Origin: Terriglobales bacterium
GTDB taxonomy: Bacteria > Acidobacteriota > Terriglobia > Terriglobales > Acidobacteriaceae
Reading direction: 5' to 3'
NCBI GenBank assembly: GCA_035639935.1
Contig: DASQXC010000056.1
Location: 1 to 28,398 of the forward strand
Length of the DNA: 28,398 bases
The translations under genes were made by a program, and so were the position numbers. Below, one piece after another: positions 1 to 8,188 of this stretch; position 1 is the stretch's first letter; each line of letters opens with the position of its first letter. Under the pieces are notes generated by a model. It was given only the letters and a program-made list of their open reading frames with translations. It ran no database searches and was not told where the DNA came from.

Positions 1-360
1 GAAATTTATCTGGCGGAGATCTATCTCGACCGGCTGTATCGGCAAGATCAGCGCCAAATTCGGTACACGTCCATCTCTCGTTATCCCGCCGTGGACCGCG
101 ATTTCTCGTTCCTGTTCCCGAACGCGATCCCGTTCGCGCGCATTCGTGCGGCCGTCGAGAGTCTCCGGCTCGGCGAGTTACGGTCGTTCTGGCCGGTGGA
201 GATCTTCCGCGGCGGCGCCGTCCCCACGGACGAATATTCTGTGCTGTTGCGCGCGCGATTTCAGTCGGTGGAGCGCACGTTGCGTGATGACGAAGTCGCG
301 CTCTGGGCGAGCCAGATCATCGAAGCGCTGCAGGTACTCGGTGGCACACAGAGGGCATAG
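1..360 (+). CDS. pheT: Phenylalanine-tRNA ligase beta subunit, C-terminal fragment (anticodon-binding FDX-ACB domain); 5' truncated by the window edge
   Basis: Frame 1 is open from base 1: EIYLAEIYLDRL...YTSISRYPAVDRDFSFL...VEIFRG...SVLLRARFQSVERTLRDDEV. This matches the PheT S(R/K)(Y/F)P.V.RD and Q..ERTL.D.EV motifs. Stop TAG at 358-360. Confidence 0.92.
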   Translation, partial: EIYLAEIYLDRLYRQDQRQIRYTSISRYPAVDRDFSFLFPNAIPFARIRAAVESLRLGELRSFWPVEIFRGGAVPTDEYSVLLRARFQSVERTLRDDEVALWASQIIEALQVLGGTQRA

Positions 361-656
361 CTCAGCAGGAGTTGTGCCGCGGCTGGATGCATAGCGTGCT
401 CGACCGAGTTCCACAACCGCCGAGGCAATCGCAAGTGGCTACCGCGACTCGTCGTGGCGTTGTCGCACGTGATCTTGCTTCGGTTGCTATCCCCCGACTC
501 AAGCCCTTTGGATTACGTCCTCCTCCCTAGCGACATTACGGTCACGCCCCAGAACAACTAAAGTCTCTGCCGGATTGAGCAAGACCGCGTAAAGCTCTAC
601 CCTTCCGGCTTTTGGCAGGGTAGTTCGAGTACAGCCGAAAACCTGAGGAACTGGCG

Positions 657-1385
657 ATGCTGATGCTGTCGGTCGTAGCCGTACGGAGGTCAACATTCTG
701 GCTGGCGCTGGCGGTTCTGCTATCCACCGCCGCATTCGCCGCATCCGTCACCAACATTGATCAGATGAGCGGCTGGGAATCCTGTACCAGTTGTGCCGGC
801 AGCGGCGGCAGCGGCCCGCAGGCCTACTACTCGGTGTGGATCTTCCAAAGTTCTCCCTCGCTGGATGGCGCTTCGGCCCGCTTTAATCTTGCGGGGAGCA
901 CACCCTATTCCAACGCGCTCTGGTGGAAACAACTTACTCCCAGCCCGGGTGCGCATAATTTCCAATACGATTTCTGGGTGTACCTGACCAATTCCTCCGC
1001 CCCGCAGGCGCTGGAATTCGACGTCAACCAGTCAGTAAACGGCAAGAAGTTCATCTTCGGAACGGAATGTGACTTCAAGTACCTGCATGTATGGAAACTC
1101 TGGGATTCTTACAACGGCACCTGGGTCCCGACCGGAGTGGGTTGCGCCCCATTCCAGGCCTACTCCTGGAACCATTTCATTTTGGAATTCCAGCGCACCT
1201 GGAACGACCAAGTGTTCTTCATCGACATAGTGATCAATGGCCAGCGATACTACTTCAATCGGACCTTCCAACCCAAGCACGGCATCGATGCCAGCGAGCT
1301 TAACGTCGCCGTACAACTTGATGGCGATTACCGCCAGACGCCTTACTCCGTCTGGGTGGACAAGATCACGCTGAATTACTGGTAG
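657..1385 (+). CDS. Secreted protein of unknown function; aromatic-rich, probably a beta-sandwich (ConA/jelly-roll-like) fold
   Basis: 242 aa ORF with GAGGA at 645-649 before the ATG. N-terminal signal peptide (RR, hydrophobic core, AFA-A). Many W/Y/F residues in alternating beta-strand patterns and four Cys. The fold assignment is inference. Confidence 0.75.
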   Translation: MLMLSVVAVRRSTFWLALAVLLSTAAFAASVTNIDQMSGWESCTSCAGSGGSGPQAYYSVWIFQSSPSLDGASARFNLAGSTPYSNALWWKQLTPSPGAHNFQYDFWVYLTNSSAPQALEFDVNQSVNGKKFIFGTECDFKYLHVWKLWDSYNGTWVPTGVGCAPFQAYSWNHFILEFQRTWNDQVFFIDIVINGQRYYFNRTFQPKHGIDASELNVAVQLDGDYRQTPYSVWVDKITLNYW

Positions 1386-1410
1386 GACAAATTGACACCG
1401 CAGCGATGCC

Positions 1411-1469
1411 GCCGCGGAGGAGAGGGATTGCATCCAAGGCCCTTCGGCTCCTCGGCAGGTCGGTTTTTT
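1411..1469 (+). terminator. Possible intrinsic terminator between convergent genes
   Basis: Imperfect GC-rich hairpin at 1411-1456 (gccg/cggc, gaggag/ctcctc, aggg/ccct) followed by TTTTTT at 1464-1469. Confidence 0.4.
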
Positions 1470-1551
1470 GGCGATTTGAATTGTGCAATAGCATGGCTGC
1501 GGATGCAAGTTTGCCGGCACACTGCGAATCGCACCTTCTGAATTGGTGCCG

Positions 1552-2187
1552 TCAGTCGGCCGAAACGGCTGCCGTTGTTGCGCTACGCTTCGCTCTGGCG
1601 GGCACCAATGATACGACCCAGACCACTATGCGGTAGCCCAGCAGCACGCCGAGAATCGTGGCATATTCCACGGGCCGCGAGATATCCTTCTTCACCAGCC
1701 AGAGGAAATGGATCGCGCCCGCCGTGGCGCTCACGTATATCAAGCGGTGCAGCCTTTGCCAGCGTCGGCCGCCCAGGCGCTGGATCATTTTGCGCGTCGA
1801 GGTGACCGCCAGGGGAATCATCAACACGAACCCGGTAAATCCGGCAGTAATAAACGGCCGCTTGTACACGTCTTTCATGATGCTGTGAAGGTCGAACCCC
1901 TGGTCTAGCCAGATGTAGGTAAGGAAGTGCAGGCAGCCGTAGAAAAACGCGAACAACCCGAACATGCGGCGCAGCCGGATCAGCCAGAGCTGTCCGGTCA
2001 GCTTGCGCAGCGGCGTGATGGCGAGCGTCACTAGCAGGAAAATCAGTATCCACTTGCCGGTCGCCCGCGTTATCACCTCGATGGGATTAGCGCCCAGGTT
2101 TGCCGTCACTGCCTTCCACAACAACCGCGCCAGGGGCATCAGGCACAGAGGAAAAATCGTGAGTTTGAGCCAGCCAACGCGCGTCAC
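1552..2187 (-). CDS. msrQ: Methionine sulfoxide reductase heme-binding membrane subunit MsrQ (YedZ)
   Basis: LGANPIE..T..TG.W, RRMFGLFAFFYGCLHF, KRPFIT.G, TS......RLG.RRWQRLHRLIY and IHFLW motifs. Lies 5 bp downstream of msrP. Confidence 0.93.
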   Translation of the reverse strand: MTRVGWLKLTIFPLCLMPLARLLWKAVTANLGANPIEVITRATGKWILIFLLVTLAITPLRKLTGQLWLIRLRRMFGLFAFFYGCLHFLTYIWLDQGFDLHSIMKDVYKRPFITAGFTGFVLMIPLAVTSTRKMIQRLGGRRWQRLHRLIYVSATAGAIHFLWLVKKDISRPVEYATILGVLLGYRIVVWVVSLVPARAKRSATTAAVSAD

Positions 2188-2192
2188 GGTTT

Positions 2193-3167
2193 TCAGAAAT
2201 ACTTCCGCAGATCCATCCCGGAGTAAAGCTGCGCCACCTGGTCGCCGTAGCCGTTGAACATCCGTGTTGGGACCTTCCTGATTGAGGCGAAAAACCCGCT
2301 GCCGTCAATGCGGCGCTCCATCTTCTGGCTCCAGCGCGGATGATCCACGTCGGGGTTGACGTTAGAGTAAAAACCGTACTCGTTGGGCGCTGCCTGGTTC
2401 CAGGTGTTAATGGGCTGATGCTCGACCAGTCGGATCTTCACAATTGATTTGGCGCTCTTGAAGCCGTACTTCCAAGGCACCACGATGCGTACCGGCGCGC
2501 CATCCTGGTTGGGCAGCGCCTCGCCGTACAGCCCCACGCACAGAATGGTCAGCGGGTGCATTGCCTCATCCAACCGCAAGCCTTCGACATACGGCCAGGT
2601 CAGAACACGAGACCTCTGGCCCGGCATCTGCTTGGGATCGAAAATCGTGGTGAATTCCACGTATTTCGCTTTCCCGAGGGGATCCGCTTGCTTAAGCAGG
2701 ATACTCAGCGGGTAACCAACCCAGGGGACTACCATCGACCAGCCTTCCACGCAGCGGTGGCGGTACACACGTTCCTCGAGGGGCGCCAACTTCAGAATGT
2801 CGTCGATGTCGTAGGTACGCGGCTTTTGCACCAGGCCTTCCACCTTCACCTGCCAAGGGCGGGTGCGGAAATCCTTGGACAGCCCGGCCGGTTCGTATTT
2901 GTCCGTGGAGAACTCGTAGAAGTTGTTGTAGTTGGTTACATCTTTGTACGGCGTCAGCTTTTCATTGGTGCCGAACGGACCTTTGACCGTGCTCAGCTTC
3001 GCGCCTGCCTGGACTACTTCAGCAGGGGAGCCCATTTCCAGCAGCCTGCGTCCGGCGAGCAGCGACGCGCCGGCTGCCGCCCCCAGGAAGAACTTACGAC
3101 GGCTCAGATAGGCGCGCTTGGGCGTGATTTCAGAAGAGGCAACATCGGCAGGCTTCTTGATCAGCAT
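2193..3167 (-). CDS. msrP: Methionine sulfoxide reductase catalytic molybdopterin subunit MsrP (YedY), Tat-exported
   Basis: [13 protein letters not shown] twin-arginine signal; YNNFYEF; HRCVEGWS (Mo-ligand Cys); [20 protein letters not shown]; [25 protein letters not shown] at 3173-3176 on the minus strand. Confidence 0.96.
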   Translation of the reverse strand: MLIKKPADVASSEITPKRAYLSRRKFFLGAAAGASLLAGRRLLEMGSPAEVVQAGAKLSTVKGPFGTNEKLTPYKDVTNYNNFYEFSTDKYEPAGLSKDFRTRPWQVKVEGLVQKPRTYDIDDILKLAPLEERVYRHRCVEGWSMVVPWVGYPLSILLKQADPLGKAKYVEFTTIFDPKQMPGQRSRVLTWPYVEGLRLDEAMHPLTILCVGLYGEALPNQDGAPVRIVVPWKYGFKSAKSIVKIRLVEHQPINTWNQAAPNEYGFYSNVNPDVDHPRWSQKMERRIDGSGFFASIRKVPTRMFNGYGDQVAQLYSGMDLRKYF

Positions 3168-3183
3168 GTTTTCTCCATCTCAA

Positions 3184-3203
3184 AATACGTATTATAGGGG
3201 CCT
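3184..3203. promoter_or_regulatory. Overlapping bidirectional -10 elements (TATTATA) and a 10-bp palindrome between msrP and the MOT1-like transporter
   Basis: Minus strand TATAAT at 3196-3191; plus strand TATTAT at 3190-3195; perfect palindrome AATACGTATT at 3184-3193. Confidence 0.6.
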
Positions 3204-4433
3204 GTGGATTGGTCCCCGCAGTTCAGACTCACCCAAGGTGAAAAAGTTTCGCCCGAGCACATCAACTCCAGCTCCCCGCCCAGCGCCGGACCCAGGAGCC
3301 GTGTCCGTTTTGACCGCAACGAATTCTCTGGCGCCTTCGGCGATATGGGAACTGATTTCCCCCTCATTGCGGGCATGATTTTGGCTGTGGGCTTAAAGCC
3401 TGCCAGCGTGTTGACCCTCTTCGGCAGCATGCAGATTCTTACCGGTTTGTTGTACGGCATTCCGATGCCGGCACAACCGCTAAAAGCAATGGCCGTCATT
3501 GTGATAACTCAGAAGGCGAGCGGCGCAGTGTTGTACGGAGCCGGTTTGGCTATTGGTTGCGTAATGCTTGTGCTCGCCGCAACTGGCCTGCTTACGCTGC
3601 TCGCAAGCGCTGTCCCGAAAAGTGTGGTCCGCGGCATCCAGTTCGGCTTGGGCCTGCAATTAGCGACCCTTGCGCTGCGAGATTATGTGCCTGCTGAAGG
3701 CGCAGGCGGACTCATCTTGGCAGTTTTTGCCTTTTTCCTCACTCTGTTGCTGCTGGGGAATCGCCGCGTCCCCCCAGCGCCCTTCGTCCTCGCAGCCGGG
3801 TTCGCGTTTGCCCTCTTATTCCGCGTCCACCCAAGATTGCTGATTCAAGGTGCCGGGTTCGTCCCACCGGCAATGCATTTGCCGGCTCGACATGACATTT
3901 GGGTTGGCTTCTATCTGCTGGCGATCCCGCAGCTCGCCTTGTCATTTGGCAACTCTATTCTCGCGACCCGGCAAATCAGCGCCGACTTGTTCCCGGAGCG
4001 CGACCTCACGATCAAGAAGATCGGTTTGACCTATGCCGCGATGAATCTCATCAACCCGTTCCTTGGCGGTGTGCCGACCTGCCACGGCTCCGGCGGGATG
4101 GTCGGCCATTACACATTTGGAGCACGCACTGGCGGCTCGGTAATCATCTACGGCTGTTTCTATTTGATACTCGGCCTCTTTTTTTCAGCCGCATTTCAGC
4201 AGATCATCCCTTTGTTTCCCAAACCTGTTTTGGGAATCATGCTGCTGTTTGAAGCTCTAGCATTGCTGCTGCTCTGTCGCGACATGGCATTCTCGGTCTC
4301 AGAGCTGGCGGTGGTCCTGGTCGTGGGACTCAGTGCGTTGGCGCTGCCTTATGGCTATGTCGTGGGACTCGTACTCGGGCTGCTGCTGCACTATTTATTC
4401 TTAAATCGGCTTCAACGCTTCGCGCGCAATTAG
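3204..4433 (+). CDS. MOT1-family (MFS_MOT1) putative molybdate/sulfate transporter
   Basis: About 10 hydrophobic segments. Motifs EFSGAFGDMGT, PMPAQPLKAMA and GGVPTCHGSGGMVGHYTFGARTGGS match the MOT1 signatures G..GD.GT, P..QPMK and G.P.CHG.GG....Y.FG.R.G. GTG 3204 is the only in-frame start upstream of the first conserved motif. Confidence 0.82.
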   Translation: MDWSPQFRLTQGEKVSPEHINSSSPPSAGPRSRVRFDRNEFSGAFGDMGTDFPLIAGMILAVGLKPASVLTLFGSMQILTGLLYGIPMPAQPLKAMAVIVITQKASGAVLYGAGLAIGCVMLVLAATGLLTLLASAVPKSVVRGIQFGLGLQLATLALRDYVPAEGAGGLILAVFAFFLTLLLLGNRRVPPAPFVLAAGFAFALLFRVHPRLLIQGAGFVPPAMHLPARHDIWVGFYLLAIPQLALSFGNSILATRQISADLFPERDLTIKKIGLTYAAMNLINPFLGGVPTCHGSGGMVGHYTFGARTGGSVIIYGCFYLILGLFFSAAFQQIIPLFPKPVLGIMLLFEALALLLLCRDMAFSVSELAVVLVVGLSALALPYGYVVGLVLGLLLHYLFLNRLQRFARN

Positions 4434-4453
4434 AATTTCGCCACGGGGGTACT

Positions 4454-4486
4454 GAGCCATTGTGCCATTGAGCCATTGAGCCATTG
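4454..4486. repeat. 8-bp tandem repeat (GAGCCATT/GTGCCATT x4)
   Basis: gagccatt-gtgccatt-gagccatt-gagccatt-g read directly, in the spacer between convergent genes. Confidence 0.9.
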
Positions 4487-4498
4487 GCAAACCGGGTC

Positions 4499-4514
4499 TT
4501 CCGAGGCTTCGGAA
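4499..4514. terminator. Small hairpin between the convergent transporter and murB
   Basis: ttccga-ggct-tcggaa inverted repeat. No clear U-tract. Confidence 0.3.
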
Positions 4515-4518
4515 CGCG

Positions 4519-5550
4519 CTAAAAGCCGACGAAGACCGGTTCGGGCTGCAGTTCTACGCCGAATTGCTCGAGCACCCTCTTCTGGATTTCGTCTTTCAGA
4601 GCGATGATGTCGGCCGCCGTGGCTCCGCCGCGGTTAACCAAAGCTAAGGCGTGCCTGCGCGAAATCCCCACCGGACCACGGGTCAACCCCTTGTGGAAGC
4701 CCGCGTGCTCCACCAGCCACGCCGCCGCCACCTTCACCATGCCGTCCTTGGTGGGGAAGGATGGGACGGCACTCCCGCGAGCCTGCAGTTGCTCGAATGC
4801 CCGGCGCGTCAGCAGGGGATTTTTGAAGAACGATCCCGCGCTGCGGCAGTCGTCGTCTCCGGGAACGATCAGCATGGCCTTGCTGAGGCGGATCGCGCGC
4901 ACCGCATCGCGCGTCTCCATCAGGTTCGGCGGGCCGCTGCGTCCGGCAAAATACCCTTTTAGATCGGCATATTCGATACGCGGAGTTCCGCCCGGGACGA
5001 GTGCAAATGTCACTCGCAATACGATATACCGTCCATGCTCCCGATTGAAGATGCTGGTGCGATAGGCGAATCCGGAATCGGCATTCTCGAGTTCGCAAAA
5101 CTCACCGCTTGAAGTGTCAAGCGCGCGGAGACCGATGATGGTTTCACTGACCTCCTGGCCATAGGCGCCGACGTTCTGCACCGGCGTGCCCCCGACTGTC
5201 CCTGGAATGCCGCTCAGGCACTCGATTCCCGCGCAGTCGCACGCTATGGTATGGGCAACGAATCCATCCCAGTCCTCGCCCGCCGCCGCTTCAAAGAGCA
5301 TACGCGGGCCGTCGCGCCGCGTGTCTATGCCTTGCAAACCGATTTTCAACACCAAGCCCGGCCAGCCTGCATCGGAGATGACCAGATTGCTGCCGCCGCC
5401 TAATACGAACAGAGTCCAATCCCGGCTCTGCGCTTCTGCTACGGCCGCGCGCACGTCCTCCTCGCTGTGCGCTTCCACGAAGTAGCGCGCCGGACCGCCG
5501 ACCTTGAATGTGGTCAGTGGCGCTAACGGGACCTGCTGCTTGATCTGCAC
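4519..5550 (-). CDS. murB: UDP-N-acetylenolpyruvoylglucosamine reductase
   Basis: LAPLTTFKVGGPARYF, LGGGSNL, LSGIPGTVGGTPVQNVGAYG, AGSFFKNP, HALALVN and LQPEP motifs. Start moved from 5676 to GTG 5550 (343 aa). This fits the usual N-terminus and removes the overlap with the upstream gene. Confidence 0.95.
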   Translation of the reverse strand: MQIKQQVPLAPLTTFKVGGPARYFVEAHSEEDVRAAVAEAQSRDWTLFVLGGGSNLVISDAGWPGLVLKIGLQGIDTRRDGPRMLFEAAAGEDWDGFVAHTIACDCAGIECLSGIPGTVGGTPVQNVGAYGQEVSETIIGLRALDTSSGEFCELENADSGFAYRTSIFNREHGRYIVLRVTFALVPGGTPRIEYADLKGYFAGRSGPPNLMETRDAVRAIRLSKAMLIVPGDDDCRSAGSFFKNPLLTRRAFEQLQARGSAVPSFPTKDGMVKVAAAWLVEHAGFHKGLTRGPVGISRRHALALVNRGGATAADIIALKDEIQKRVLEQFGVELQPEPVFVGF

Positions 5551-5558
5551 CCAACACC

Positions 5559-5567
5559 AGAATACCA
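5559..5567 (-). promoter_or_regulatory. Extended -10 (TGGTATTCT) 8 nt before the murB GTG
   Basis: Minus strand TG-G-TATTCT-ggtgttgg-GTG; no SD. Confidence 0.45.
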
Positions 5568-5653
5568 AGCGCGCGAGCCTTGCAAGAAAGGCCTCTACGC
5601 AAACAATCGTTTCGGCGGAGCTGGCTCCGTCGGATTTCGGCGAAGCACTGGCT

Positions 5654-6799
5654 TCAGGGTGCCGGTTGCTGGGCAATGAAGGCCTTTACTGCGATTTGGT
5701 TCGGCTGGAGGCCGACCGGCACCATGGTATGTAGCGCGAAGGGAGCGGGATTGGCCCTGCTGGTCTTGTCGCGCCTAAGAATCACGGCAACGTCGCCAGA
5801 GAGGCTGTCGTTCACCAGCAAAAAGTGCTGGTTGGGACTGAGCGCCAAGGCGTCGGGACGACTGCCCACCGGCACCGACGCCACAAGCTTGCCGGTGTCG
5901 ATGCTGTACACCGCAACCGCCTCTGCTCCGAAGTTACTCACGTAAAGCAACGAATTGTCGCCGCTGACAATCGCGTGGGACGGATGTGTTCCGATCAGGA
6001 ACGTGCCACCGACCTCGTTCGTGCTGGTCTCGATGACCGATATGCTATCGGAGTCGAAGTTGCATACGAACAGTTCGCCGCCATCGGGTTTGAGCGCGAG
6101 GCTGACCGGTGTCTTACCAACGTCGAGCAGGGTGAGCAGGTCCGCCGCCCGCAGGTCTACGGCTGCTATCTGCGACGAACCGCTGCACGCAATGAACGCC
6201 TTGCTGGAGTCCGGAAGAATCGCCACATCCCCCGGCTGCTGGCACACGGGGATAGTGGCGCGAACCTGATTGCGCGTGGTATCGATAACGGAAACCGAGT
6301 CGCCGTCGCTGTTGGAGACGACCACCGTGCTGCCATCTGGCGAGACCCGCGCCACGCCCGGCGTGCCGCCCACGCCCATCGTCACCAGCGCGCGGCGTGC
6401 CTGCAGGTCGAGTATCGACAGGTTGGCTGAGCCTGAATTGGCCACGTAGCCACGCCTGCCGTCTGCCGAGACATCAATGAAGTAGGGTGCGCGATGCACG
6501 CCGATGGTGGCCACTACCTGGTTACGTTCGGTGTCGATCACGCTGACGTTGTTCGAATCGGTGTTGACCACATAGATCTCGTTGCGTGTGGGACTGGCCG
6601 TCAAGCCGGTGGGATTCCGGCCCACGGCGATATTCGCGATCACGTGGAAAGTATAGAGGTCGATGACGCTGACGCTGTTGCTGCGGCCGTTGGTGACGTA
6701 AGCATGCTGTCGCAGATCAGGCGCCGGCTGACTATGGCAGCCCGTCAGCGCGAGGATGCAGAGCACCGCCAGGCCAGCGATCTGGCTACTGGGACTCAA
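5654..6799 (-). CDS. YVTN/YncE-type beta-propeller repeat lipoprotein
   Basis: Lipobox LALTGC. About seven ~42-aa repeats (AYVTN..SNSVSVID; IYVVN..SNNVSVID; GYVANSGS..LSILD; LFVCN..SDSISVIE). Confidence 0.88.
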   Translation of the reverse strand: MSPSSQIAGLAVLCILALTGCHSQPAPDLRQHAYVTNGRSNSVSVIDLYTFHVIANIAVGRNPTGLTASPTRNEIYVVNTDSNNVSVIDTERNQVVATIGVHRAPYFIDVSADGRRGYVANSGSANLSILDLQARRALVTMGVGGTPGVARVSPDGSTVVVSNSDGDSVSVIDTTRNQVRATIPVCQQPGDVAILPDSSKAFIACSGSSQIAAVDLRAADLLTLLDVGKTPVSLALKPDGGELFVCNFDSDSISVIETSTNEVGGTFLIGTHPSHAIVSGDNSLLYVSNFGAEAVAVYSIDTGKLVASVPVGSRPDALALSPNQHFLLVNDSLSGDVAVILRRDKTSRANPAPFALHTMVPVGLQPNQIAVKAFIAQQPAP

Positions 6800-6819
6800 C
6801 GAGCCGATTTCCCAAAATT

Positions 6820-7056
6820 GCGTCTGTGAAAGGGCACAACTTCATTCATCCCGCCAGCGAGCACTAAAGGACCGGACTTTTAGCCCCTGCAGGCATCCTC
6901 TGTGAAAAAAGAATTTGGCAGGCAATGGGAGCACTGACGATAGCTTGGCTGTTCGGCGCATTGCAAATTCCGCCCGCCGGATGCGTTCAGGGGCTAAAGC
7001 CCAGCATGTACCTCGTCTTGAGCGGCACGACTGAAGTCGTGCCCCTTCACAAACGC
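6820..7056. repeat. REP/MITE-like composite inverted repeat: degenerate left arm ~6820-6898, intact right arm ~6979-7056
   Basis: The right arm has hairpins GGGC-TAAA-GCCC (6991-7002) and GGCACGAC-TGAA-GTCGTGCC (7024-7043). The reverse complement of the left arm (ggatgcctgcaggggctaaaagtcc...gcgggatgaatgaagttgtgccctttcacagacgc) aligns to the right arm (ggatgcgttcaggggctaaagccc...gcggcacgactgaagtcgtgccccttcacaaacgc). Confidence 0.8.
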
Positions 7057-7072
7057 TTTTATGCGGACAGTC

Positions 7073-8116
7073 CTACGCGCCGGCTGCAGCGATCAGGGGC
7101 GCAACCTCGCGGCGCACTACAGCCGCGATCTGCCGTACTTCCGACATCAAATCATCGAACTGATCGGGATAGAGGGACTGCATGCCGTCGGAGAGCGCGC
7201 GGTCAGGATCGTTGTGAACTTCGACGATCAGGCCGTCGCTGCCCACGGCCACCGCCGCCCGTGAAAGCGGGGTCACCTTGTTGCGCTTGCCGGTACCATG
7301 GCTGGGATCCACGATGATTGGCAAATGGCTGAGGCGGTGCACTGCCGGCACCACGCTCAGGTCCAGAGTGTTGCGGGTGTGGTCGGCGAAGGTGCGCACT
7401 CCCCGCTCGCACAGAATCACGTTATAGTTGCCTTCGCACATGACGTACTCAGCGGCCATCAGGAACTCTTCCAGCGTCGCCGCCATCCCGCGCTTTAGCA
7501 AAACCGGCTTCTTCGACCGGCCGGCACGCTTCAGCAGCGAGAAATTCTGCATATTGCGCGCACCGATCTGGACGACATCGGCGTACTCTTCCACCAGTTC
7601 CAAAGATTCGTTGTCGATCGCCTCGGTCACAATGCGCATGCCCCAGCGCTCGCGCACTTCGGCCAGGATTCTAAGCCCTTCCTCGCCCAGTCCTTGGAAG
7701 GAATACGGCGAAGTACGCGGCTTGTAAGCGCCGCCCCGGAAGAATTGCGCCCCAGCGCGGTGCACGCGTTCGGCGATGGCGAACGTCTGTTCACGGCTCT
7801 CGACTGCGCACGGCCCGGCGATAATCGCCAGCTCGGGACCTCCGACCGTCGCGGCGCTGCCAGGGAAGCTAACGATCGTGTTGTCTTCTTTGAGGTCGCG
7901 GCTCACCAGCTTATAGGGCTTGGTGACGTGGATGACTTCCGCCACTCCCGGCAACTCTTCCAGCCCGATCTCCACCTCGCCGCGATTGCCCGTAATTCCG
8001 ATAGCGGTCCGCTGCGCCCCGGGGATGGCGTGCGCGCGCAGTCCCGCCACTTCAATCTTTTCGCACACTGCACGCACCTGTTCTTCGGTGGCGTGCGTTT
8101 GCATGACGACTAGCAT
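7073..8116 (-). CDS. aroF: 3-deoxy-7-phosphoheptulonate (DAHP) synthase, type I-beta with N-terminal ferredoxin-like regulatory domain
   Basis: [56 protein letters not shown] and IVEVH motifs; N-terminal MLVVM...RTAIGITG domain. Start moved to ATG 8116 (GAGG SD upstream). Confidence 0.94.
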   Translation of the reverse strand: MLVVMQTHATEEQVRAVCEKIEVAGLRAHAIPGAQRTAIGITGNRGEVEIGLEELPGVAEVIHVTKPYKLVSRDLKEDNTIVSFPGSAATVGGPELAIIAGPCAVESREQTFAIAERVHRAGAQFFRGGAYKPRTSPYSFQGLGEEGLRILAEVRERWGMRIVTEAIDNESLELVEEYADVVQIGARNMQNFSLLKRAGRSKKPVLLKRGMAATLEEFLMAAEYVMCEGNYNVILCERGVRTFADHTRNTLDLSVVPAVHRLSHLPIIVDPSHGTGKRNKVTPLSRAAVAVGSDGLIVEVHNDPDRALSDGMQSLYPDQFDDLMSEVRQIAAVVRREVAPLIAAAGA

Positions 8117-8137
8117 GGGTGACCTCGAAGAGCGATT

Positions 8138-8143
8138 AGTGTA
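8138..8143 (-). promoter_or_regulatory. Candidate -10 (TACACT) for aroF
   Basis: TACACT 21 nt upstream of ATG 8116, just downstream (on the minus strand) of the heptamer array. Confidence 0.4.
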
Positions 8144-8149
8144 CCGCAA

Positions 8150-8188
8150 TTGCCAGTTGTCAGTTGCCAGCTGTCAGTTGCCAGCTGC
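8150..8188. repeat. 7-bp tandem array (YTGYCAG x5.5)
   Basis: ttgccag-ttgtcag-ttgccag-ctgtcag-ttgccag-ctgc read directly. Confidence 0.9.

Noticed and set aside
361-656. 6S RNA or a known riboswitch downstream of pheT
   Set aside because: I could not identify the ~180-nt closed rod with central bubble or any riboswitch consensus by eye. Kept only as a low-interest structured spacer.
3168-3203. Moco riboswitch or ModE box upstream of msrP and the transporter
   Set aside because: 36 bp is too short for the riboswitch, and the palindrome does not match the spaced TATAT-N7-TAYAT ModE pattern.
5551-5676. 42-aa N-terminal extension of MurB in the ORF track
   Set aside because: It overlaps the beta-propeller gene's stop. 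GTG 5550 gives a typical MurB N-terminus and has a well-placed extended -10.
6925-7317. 130-aa ORF spanning the REP-like element, considered as a RAYT/TnpA transposase
   Set aside because: No HUH or catalytic Tyr motif, and it overlaps aroF on the opposite strand.
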